Shown here in pieces: positions 57,113 through 64,000 of a DNA stretch of 64,000 bases. The position numbers and the translations under genes are program-made. The DNA comes from an uncultured Gammaproteobacteria bacterium (GTDB lineage Bacteria > Patescibacteriota > Patescibacteriia > Magasanikbacterales > GWA2-37-8): positions 9,031 to 73,030 of the forward strand of contig CAYTPE010000001.1 in the NCBI GenBank assembly GCA_964439885.1, read 5' to 3'. Below the pieces are notes generated by a model that made no database searches, had not been told where the DNA came from, and worked only from the letters and a program-made list of their open reading frames with translations. The stretch's first letter is position 1, and each line of letters begins with the position of its first letter.

Positions 57113-59145
57113 ATGGGGGAGTGGTACGCAGATTTTTCTTCAGCGCAATAGTAGCCGCTGCTCTTTTTTTCGCTTTCCCTTTTTCCGCGCATGCCGCTTC
57201 TCTCACTTTTAGTCCGTCAAGTGGTACGTTCACCGTGGGGAGTACTTTTTCCATCACCGTACTACTCAACACTGAAGACGAAACAGCTAATACCATTCGC
57301 GCGCAAATCTCATATCCAGCGGATAAATTACAACTGGTTTCTCCTTCCACGGGCAATTCAGTCATTAGTATTTGGACAAGCTTGCCCAAAGTAGACAATC
57401 AACGAGGTATCGTCGATCTGCAAGGTGGCATTCCCGGCGGCATTAAGTCCACCGGTGCGGCTATTACAACTTTGGTTTTTCGAGTTAATTCTGTAGGAAA
57501 TGCCGTGGTTCGTTTTACCGATCAATCAAAAGTATTGTTGAATAATGGTCTCGGCACCGAAGCGCTACGCCAAGTAACTAACGGCGTCTACAATTTGGTT
57601 CTTCCGCCACCAGCGGGGCCCATTGTGAGCTCAGAAACACATCCCGATCAGACCAACTGGTATAATATCTCTACGGTCGTGCTCCGTTGGGCACCAGAAC
57701 AAAATGTTGATGGCTATAGTTACATGCTCAGTGAGAACCCGGGAGATGTGCCCGATGATATTTCCGAAGGCATCAACCAAAGCGTCACGTACAAAAATGT
57801 TCCCGATGGTATTCATTACTTCCACATCAAATCACTTAAAGACAAAGCTTGGGGTGGAGTCACGCATTTCGCCCTTAAAATAGATACCGCTGCCCCGGCG
57901 GCTTTTCCGGTTGATATTATCCCTGATGCGCGTACCAGTCGTCGTGAACCAATCGTGCAATTTTCTACCACCGATGGTCTATCGAGTGTGAGCCATTACG
58001 AACTGAAGCTTATTCCACTTTCACCGAGCGCCGATGGCGGCTTTAATGCGCAACCACTCTTTATCGAAGTCACAAGCCCGTACGTGTTTTCGGAATTACC
58101 AATTGGTAATTACGACGTGATCGTTCGAGCGTACGATTTTGCCGGCAATTATCAAGAAATTACGGAGCGCATGAGTATTGTCAATCCGGTCTTTACAGTC
58201 GTGCGAGGTGAAGGTGTTAAAATCGGATCCGCACTCACCATTCCATGGTATGTGTTCTGGATACTCATGGCCACGGGCATTCTTGCAATCGGGCTCATAT
58301 TTTGGCGCATTCGCAGTTGGCGCCATCGTATCATCGCGCAGCGTGCCAATCGAGAATTACCCCAAAAGCTCCAGCAGGATCTTGATGAACTGAAACGCTT
58401 TCGAGCGCGCTATGGTAAGCTTGCGGCGTGTTTGCTCATCATCGCGTTTGTAGCGCTGGCTCGGCCAGCTCGCGCCGATGTCGTCCAAGTGACGCCGCCG
58501 ATCGTGGACACCATTTCTCGTAACATCACAAACGAAGATATTTTTTATATCGGTGGAAAAACCGACACGGGCGGTAGTTCGGTTATCATTTATTTGCAAA
58601 ATCTTTCCACCGGAGAAACACTCACCGAAGTCGTGCCCGTCGATAATCGCGGCAACTGGTTCTATCGCCACGGTTCGTTTCTTTCGAGTGGTGAATATTT
58701 GCTCTGGACGCAAAATAAAATTGGTAACGAAATCAGTCCGCCGAGCCCGCAAGAAAAACTGAAAGTCAGTACTTCTGTTGTACACCTCGGCACGTCACGC
58801 ATCAGCGTCGAAACGATCAATGGCGCGGTGGCCGCTGTCGCGCTCCTTGGTTTCCTGATTTTATTGTTCTACACACTATACCATGCGCGCCATGTGCATC
58901 GTGAGCGCAAGGCGCTCCTTACCGAAATTCGCACCGCCGAGGAGTCCGTACGTCGCGGATTTGCCGTCATTCGCCGTGATATTCAAGCAGAGCTGGAGCT
59001 TGTACACAAAGTAAAACTCGAGAAAAATTTGTCCGATGATGAGCGCACGCGCGAGGAACAGCTCCTCAAAGATTTGGAAGCGATCGAGCAAAATATTGGC
59101 AAGGAAATTTGGGAGATCGACCACTTAGAGGCCCAATTACGTTAA
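57061..59145 (+). CDS. Cohesin-like + Ig-like multi-pass surface protein; start uncertain
   Basis: LTFSPSSGTFTVGSTFSITV..ISYPADKL..SVISIW; three later hydrophobic segments; C-terminal coiled coil. Confidence 0.75.
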   Translation: MEKTVATNRHTTPDTQLNGGVVRRFFFSAIVAAALFFAFPFSAHAASLTFSPSSGTFTVGSTFSITVLLNTEDETANTIRAQISYPADKLQLVSPSTGNSVISIWTSLPKVDNQRGIVDLQGGIPGGIKSTGAAITTLVFRVNSVGNAVVRFTDQSKVLLNNGLGTEALRQVTNGVYNLVLPPPAGPIVSSETHPDQTNWYNISTVVLRWAPEQNVDGYSYMLSENPGDVPDDISEGINQSVTYKNVPDGIHYFHIKSLKDKAWGGVTHFALKIDTAAPAAFPVDIIPDARTSRREPIVQFSTTDGLSSVSHYELKLIPLSPSADGGFNAQPLFIEVTSPYVFSELPIGNYDVIVRAYDFAGNYQEITERMSIVNPVFTVVRGEGVKIGSALTIPWYVFWILMATGILAIGLIFWRIRSWRHRIIAQRANRELPQKLQQDLDELKRFRARYGKLAACLLIIAFVALARPARADVVQVTPPIVDTISRNITNEDIFYIGGKTDTGGSSVIIYLQNLSTGETLTEVVPVDNRGNWFYRHGSFLSSGEYLLWTQNKIGNEISPPSPQEKLKVSTSVVHLGTSRISVETINGAVAAVALLGFLILLFYTLYHARHVHRERKALLTEIRTAEESVRRGFAVIRRDIQAELELVHKVKLEKNLSDDERTREEQLLKDLEAIEQNIGKEIWEIDHLEAQLR

Positions 59146-59153
59146 CTACTTTT

Positions 59154-59576
59154 ATGAACATATACTATTCCAAGAATTGGGTTAAACGTGGATTGCTTGG
59201 GCGTCGATATCAAACCTATGATGTGCTTATTACAGCTGAAGGTATGTTTGTGCTCAAAATGCCAATCAGTTTTGTGGCTAATTTTACCCATCTGTTTGGA
59301 GCTTTGGGGCAACTGGCAGGGTATTTGTTACAAAATAGGGTTTCCGATAAAGCGCGTAGATTATGGCTTGATGCAAACGGTGCGCTCATCAGTGAAGCCT
59401 ATCGTGATCGTGCCGAACAGTTTGTACCGCGCACCATGATCCTGCCGTGCATTTCCTTTCAAAAGAATTGGCTAGGCAAAGAATATATCATTATCAAAAA
59501 TAACGGTACTGAATTTCCACTGCAAAATAAACCAGCAGATATTATAATGTTTATACAGTTTATTTCCTCACTCTAA
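59154..59576 (+). CDS. Hypothetical protein
   Basis: ORF starts 8 nt after the upstream stop; GALGQLAG hydrophobic patch. Confidence 0.6.
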   Translation: MNIYYSKNWVKRGLLGRRYQTYDVLITAEGMFVLKMPISFVANFTHLFGALGQLAGYLLQNRVSDKARRLWLDANGALISEAYRDRAEQFVPRTMILPCISFQKNWLGKEYIIIKNNGTEFPLQNKPADIIMFIQFISSL

Positions 59577-59586
59577 AACAGTGAAA

Positions 59587-59612
59587 CAAAAAGAGCGCTC
59601 GCGCGCTCTTTT
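59587..59612. terminator. Bidirectional intrinsic terminator
   Basis: AAAAGAGCGC-TCGC-GCGCTCTTTT between convergent genes. Confidence 0.75.
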
Positions 59613-59628
59613 AACTTTTATTCGATGT

Positions 59629-60213
59629 TTAGGTATTTTTTCTATTTTTAAAGACGTCCTGCGCCGCCTTGAGCATTATTTCTATAATTTCGATTTCGGT
59701 TTCTGATCTGCCACCACTTTCAGTAATTAAGGTCTGCATTCTTTCGATTTCTTCGGCAAGCGTGCCTGTTTCCATTTGATCAAAGCGGGTACGAGTCAGA
59801 TCATAGATGTTCGTTGCGGGCACTGTTTCGCTCACCATTTCTTCGGTTTGATCTTCCATTGTTTCAATAGCTCTGGTCAGAGTAAGCAGCTGATCCGGCG
59901 GGCACTCCGAAAGAGCTTTTTTTCTGATTGCCTGATACAAAGAAAATTGTTTGTCCGTTTTTTGGCTGTAGACTTCTAAATCATCCGGCTGTCTTTTTTG
60001 TGCTTTTGGCCAAACTCCTGTGCGAGCGATAAATTCAACGTTCGGAAGCCTGGTTTCGTCAACGCTTTGTATGGCGAGTTTGATAGTGTCGAGTGTCTCT
60101 CGTGCAGCGCGGTAATTTTTGAAAGCTTCGACTACTGGCGCAATAAGCGACGTTATTTCGGTGGTGTCAGCGGATTGCAGCTGCCGCTCAGTACCTGTTT
60201 CGGTTGTGTTCAT
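59629..60213 (-). CDS. Hypothetical acidic helical protein
   Basis: 194-aa ORF ending at the shared terminator. Confidence 0.7.
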   Translation of the reverse strand: MNTTETGTERQLQSADTTEITSLIAPVVEAFKNYRAARETLDTIKLAIQSVDETRLPNVEFIARTGVWPKAQKRQPDDLEVYSQKTDKQFSLYQAIRKKALSECPPDQLLTLTRAIETMEDQTEEMVSETVPATNIYDLTRTRFDQMETGTLAEEIERMQTLITESGGRSETEIEIIEIMLKAAQDVFKNRKNT

Positions 60214-60384
60214 AGTATATGATTGCAGTAAGTTACTAGTCGTTTTTTGTCATTTCCGCTTTCGCCGGAACGAGATTGCTGAGATTGTTATATCTAGATT
60301 GTATCAAAAGACCGGCACAATGGCAAAAGTTAAACGAGAGCATCGCAGTAAACAAAAACACCACCTGTCGGCGGGTTTTTGTTG

Positions 60385-60457
60385 TGGGTCGGCTGGGGTT
60401 CGAACCCAGGACCTTATCCTTAAAAGGGATCTGCTCTACCAGCTGAGCTACCGACCC
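60385..60457 (-). tRNA. tRNA-Lys (UUU), CCA not encoded
   Basis: GGGTCGG TAGCTCAGCTGGTAGAGC..ATCC-CT TTT AA-GGAT..GGTTCGAACCC..CCGACCCA. Confidence 0.95.
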
Positions 60458-60570
60458 AATATATTACCGAAGCTGGCACACCTCTGAAAGGTGAATTTAT
60501 GGACTTTAGACTTTCATAATGATATACTAAACAATGAAAAAAATCAAGAGTTTTTTGTGTATAACACGTT

Positions 60571-63249
60571 ATGTCAGAAAAAATGCCCATTATAGTAGAT
60601 GGTTCAAGAGGGGTAGAAGAGAAAGCTGGGCTGTCGGAGCCTCAGGGCGGCTCGGATCAACGAGAAATAATTCAACCAGAAACTCCAGAATCCATTCCCG
60701 AACTGACACCAAAACAGTCACGCTTTTTTAATTTTTTACGTCAGCACCGCCTAGGTGTGGCGCTTGGTTTGTCGTTTTCGCTGCATGGCGGATACATGGA
60801 ACGAGACAAAGTTGTTGCGTTTGCCGATGATACTGTGGAGGTGAGTAAAGAAGCTCTCAGCGCGCTTGGCAGTCTTCCAAAAAAGGCTTGGCACGAAATG
60901 GCAAATTGGTACCATCGTAACAGAATTGATACCACACAAGCCGAAGCGTTTAGCCGCAAAGCCGGCGAGATTATGGAACGCTCTGAGCGTGGTGAGCGGC
61001 AGCAGCTTGATTGGGCAAATCTTATGCCAGATATAGAATTTTTTTCCGGTGGCATTAGTGTAGAAGAGCACGAACATGAAAAAGCATATATTGCTGCAGA
61101 ATATGCTCGTATCGACGCGCTACCGCGTTTGCCCGACGAATTGGCCGATATGAACTCAGTGTTAGCCCTGCAGCCGCCAAGTGGCGAGGGCACATCGATG
61201 CTCGCGCGCGCAGATAAGCAGCCAGTATGGTGTGAGGGTTTGGCCAAGTGGGTGCTCGTTATGTTTCGCCATCGTTATCCCGAAAAAGAAATACACATGC
61301 AGCAGCTTTTAGTGGAAGGCAAGAACAAGAAAGCCGAACCGCATTTGCGCGCATTCATGAAAGTAGGAGACAAAACATACGCCTTGGACGGAAGCGAAGC
61401 ATATGAGTTGACTCAAAACGATTTTGAGGGTTCAGTAGTGACGACGCCTGAGGAATTGTATCTCGCGCCATTGGTTCCACATCCACGTTCGCAGGTAGTA
61501 GACAAACACGAAGACTTTCTCGCTGCCGAGCGATCCAAAGCTGCACTCAAATCAAAAGCAGAAGATGTTGCGTTGGCTGAACCGCCACCACGAGAGGTTA
61601 CCATGCGTAGCCGTTTGCAAATGGCGTCAGCAAGCAGCGATACTTCAATAGATCAGCGAGATATTGTTTTCCGTCTCAAAAGAGTGCATCGCGACAAACG
61701 GGAACCGCTCGAAGATCCCACCGCCGCACAGGATAAAAAATTACGCAAAGCTTTTGAAGACGACAAGAGCTTTAGGTTCTACCGAGCCTTGAGTAGCGGA
61801 GGACACGTACAAAATACCAAAGATGATTTTTCGTGGCGCGTATCGGGCGAGCCAGGCGAGCTGGTTGTTTCGCACCTGCCCTATCAAGAATTGATGGAGA
61901 GAATTAAAGATCCTGAGGGGTATGGGTGGAGAGAGAGGGTCTTTGAACTTAATCCCAATGTGCTCGTGGTAGGTAAAATTCCTGATTGGTATTCTCTTCG
62001 TAGAGAAGGTTTGGCTGTTGTTGAAGTCAGACCTTCAACTCTGGGAGCAAAAGAAATCGAATTGGTAGACAGAGTGGGTGATGTGGTGCTAGCAGGACAA
62101 AACAGCTGTCGGTTCGATAATGAATCGGCTGGTGTGTGGGAGTGTAGTGCAAAAGAACCAAGGTCTGTCGGTGAAGAAGTGGAGAAAACAGTTGTGTGGT
62201 ATGACATGAACGGTATGCTCCAAAAAAAAATGCTCGCCAAAGAAGGCCGATACGTTAGTGGGGGCTATATAAGTTTAGCCAAAAACGAAGCTGGAATCAA
62301 AAAAGTCTCGCTCAGTCGTTTGGATGAAAATGAACCATTCGCTTCATTTCTGGGTGAGCGGGCATTCATCAACTCTTTAACTGGTCTTGTATCAACCGAT
62401 GAACGCCGGCCGAATGGAGACATTAAACGTCTTTATACTGTGGACGGAAAATTATTGGATGATACACTAATGGGGGACATTACACCTAATGAGCCCTATA
62501 CGATTTGCCCTCGAAAAGGTAGTAGGGGTGGATATATTCTGAATAAAGAACACCAACGCATTTTTGAGGCACCCTCAGGCTTCATTGGTGAAGATGTCCA
62601 AAATGATGGTCCGTTTGTTTTTTTTACGTGGTCTTTAGGCAGTAATGCACATAAAAAGTTTTATTTTATCCGCGTTGATGGAAGCGTTAGCCAAGCCTAC
62701 GATCATGTTCGCTTTGAAGGTGCACTCGGAGTTGTAATGATCGGCCGTAAAAAATATTTTATAGATGATCATGAAAACAAGCTTTCAGATGGGTATGAAT
62801 ATGCGAACGTGTTGCCGGGTGGTATACGAGTGGCGCGGTTGAACGGTAAGCAGGTAATTCTCGACACTTATTTTCAACCTATTTCGGATGGTTATAAAAA
62901 TATAAGCTATGCTGGTTTTGGCCACATCTGCATTGCCGATGAAGAAGTAGAAAGCGGTAGGACAAAAAAATACTTACTTGACGGCAAAACCGGTAAACGC
63001 ATTACTCAAAAACCCTATAGAAAAATATCTAATTTTGTATATGGAAGAGCCATAGCTCGAGATTTTGAAGGTGGGTATAACTACCTCCTTGACGATAAAG
63101 GAAATGAAATACGCCAGGAAGTGTATAACATAATTTATGGCAGAGATGGTGATGTGGCCAGTGATGCGGCTGAAGCAGTGTGGTGGCTTATGGATGCCGA
63201 AGGAAAGTTCGCGTATTATATAGATAAAAATGGTAAAAAAATTTTTTAG
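60571..63249 (+). CDS. Large membrane-anchored hypothetical protein: putative Cys-His-Asp domain and C-terminal WG-like repeats
   Basis: WCEGLAK..PHLRA..YALDG; repeats such as YFIDDHENKLSDGY, YLLDGKTGK, YLLDDKGNE, YIDKNGK. Confidence 0.75.
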   Translation: MSEKMPIIVDGSRGVEEKAGLSEPQGGSDQREIIQPETPESIPELTPKQSRFFNFLRQHRLGVALGLSFSLHGGYMERDKVVAFADDTVEVSKEALSALGSLPKKAWHEMANWYHRNRIDTTQAEAFSRKAGEIMERSERGERQQLDWANLMPDIEFFSGGISVEEHEHEKAYIAAEYARIDALPRLPDELADMNSVLALQPPSGEGTSMLARADKQPVWCEGLAKWVLVMFRHRYPEKEIHMQQLLVEGKNKKAEPHLRAFMKVGDKTYALDGSEAYELTQNDFEGSVVTTPEELYLAPLVPHPRSQVVDKHEDFLAAERSKAALKSKAEDVALAEPPPREVTMRSRLQMASASSDTSIDQRDIVFRLKRVHRDKREPLEDPTAAQDKKLRKAFEDDKSFRFYRALSSGGHVQNTKDDFSWRVSGEPGELVVSHLPYQELMERIKDPEGYGWRERVFELNPNVLVVGKIPDWYSLRREGLAVVEVRPSTLGAKEIELVDRVGDVVLAGQNSCRFDNESAGVWECSAKEPRSVGEEVEKTVVWYDMNGMLQKKMLAKEGRYVSGGYISLAKNEAGIKKVSLSRLDENEPFASFLGERAFINSLTGLVSTDERRPNGDIKRLYTVDGKLLDDTLMGDITPNEPYTICPRKGSRGGYILNKEHQRIFEAPSGFIGEDVQNDGPFVFFTWSLGSNAHKKFYFIRVDGSVSQAYDHVRFEGALGVVMIGRKKYFIDDHENKLSDGYEYANVLPGGIRVARLNGKQVILDTYFQPISDGYKNISYAGFGHICIADEEVESGRTKKYLLDGKTGKRITQKPYRKISNFVYGRAIARDFEGGYNYLLDDKGNEIRQEVYNIIYGRDGDVASDAAEAVWWLMDAEGKFAYYIDKNGKKIF

Positions 63250-63265
63250 AATAACCAGAAATAGT

Positions 63266-63844
63266 ATGCTCAACAAAAAATACTTCCAACAAGTTCGTAC
63301 CGATTTGCTCTCATACGCCGAGAAGCGCCGCGATGTTATCAAATCCGCCGGAGACGCCCAGCACCACGCCAAGCGCGCTATTTTCGCTCTGCAACGCGAT
63401 AGCACCGCCGATGCCGACGAGTCTCTCACGGCGGCCAAAGAGCTGCTCGCCGGTTTGGTCAAAAAGTACAAGAATGATAGCCGCATTATTGAAGAAGGAT
63501 CTTATCGAGCCGCGCTCGAGGAATTTATCGAAGCTACTTTGTTTCAGCAGTTTCTCGCCAAAAAAGATTTAGGAGAAATTAAAGGGTTGCCCATCGATTC
63601 CGATGCCTTTATCGCTGGGTTGGCCGATGTGCCGGGAGAAATTGTACGCTACGCTACTAAATCGGCCACCGAACGTAATTTCAATATGGTGCAATACTGC
63701 TATCAAGTCGCCGAAGCAATTATTGGGGAGTTGCTCGATATGGACTTAACTGGGTATAATAGACAGAAGTTCGACCAAGCCAAACAGGCGTTGCATAAAT
63801 TGCAGCAAATCGTCTACGAGGTGAGCCTTAAAAATAACTTGTAA
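63266..63844 (+). CDS. Translin/TRAX-family protein
   Basis: KRAIFALQR, ALEEFIEA, FIAGLADVPGEIVRYA, RQKFD motifs. Confidence 0.85.
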   Translation: MLNKKYFQQVRTDLLSYAEKRRDVIKSAGDAQHHAKRAIFALQRDSTADADESLTAAKELLAGLVKKYKNDSRIIEEGSYRAALEEFIEATLFQQFLAKKDLGEIKGLPIDSDAFIAGLADVPGEIVRYATKSATERNFNMVQYCYQVAEAIIGELLDMDLTGYNRQKFDQAKQALHKLQQIVYEVSLKNNL

Positions 63845-63864
63845 AGCCCAATATTATAAACGTT

Positions 63865-64000
63865 ATGTTTTTGTTTTTATCACAAAAAGTATCTGACTAT
63901 TGGGTGAGAGCTGTGGTAGTGCTAGCTTTTATAGCAAGTTGTGCGTTTGCCGTAACTGTTGCTCGCGCAGCTGATGCGCCTCTTGTTTCCGCATCCCTTT
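63865..64000 (+). CDS. Start of a secreted protein, truncated by the window edge
   Basis: MFLFLSQKVSDYWVRAVVVLAFIASCAFAVTVARA-ADAP signal peptide; frame is open to the end. Confidence 0.6.
   Translation, partial: MFLFLSQKVSDYWVRAVVVLAFIASCAFAVTVARAADAPLVSASL

Noticed and set aside
60248-60272. Possible degenerate copy of the GTCATTCCCG element
   Set aside because: Only one weak half (TGTCATTTCCGCTTTCGCCGGAA) is present; too short to support
1-64000. Genome-wide UGA reassignment (code 4 or 25)
   Set aside because: Conserved genes are full length with no internal TGA, and several end in TGA at the expected position, including an ATGA overlap at 1710-1713

Overview
A 64-kb, gene-dense stretch of bacterial chromosome using genetic code 11 (TAA, TAG and TGA all end genes). 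Gene content and style suggest a Patescibacteria/CPR genome (inference): AT-rich gene starts without Shine-Dalgarno sites, cohesin/dockerin surface proteins, a giant NATST-repeat protein and a translin. 1-25.6 kb is a surface-glycan locus (nonulosonic-acid genes, nucleotide-sugar dehydrogenases, rml genes, glycosyltransferases) interleaved with rpmA, ftsW and an RsmF-like methylase. 25.6-46 kb carries tRNA-Pro x2, pilT, a CCA-adding enzyme, a MacAB-like exporter, dnaG, rpoD and murG. 46-59 kb is a surface-protein cluster, followed by tRNA-Lys, a WG-repeat protein and translin. Two things stand out. (1) A GC-rich island at 39.4-41.0 kb with three separately packaged, highly structured units: a ~500-nt minus-strand RNA containing a tRNA with a UCA (UGA-reading) anticodon that is not tRNA-Sec-shaped, and two small membrane-protein ORFs with strong SD sites and hairpin-protected ends. 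(2) A set of miniature repeat elements: a GxxExxY nuclease-family pseudogene between 40-bp inverted arms built from tandem microrepeats, many gene-less arms of similar design, and palindromic elements sitting in frame inside rpoD, dnaG, the CCA enzyme gene and a glycosyltransferase gene. All calls were made by eye; no database searches were run.
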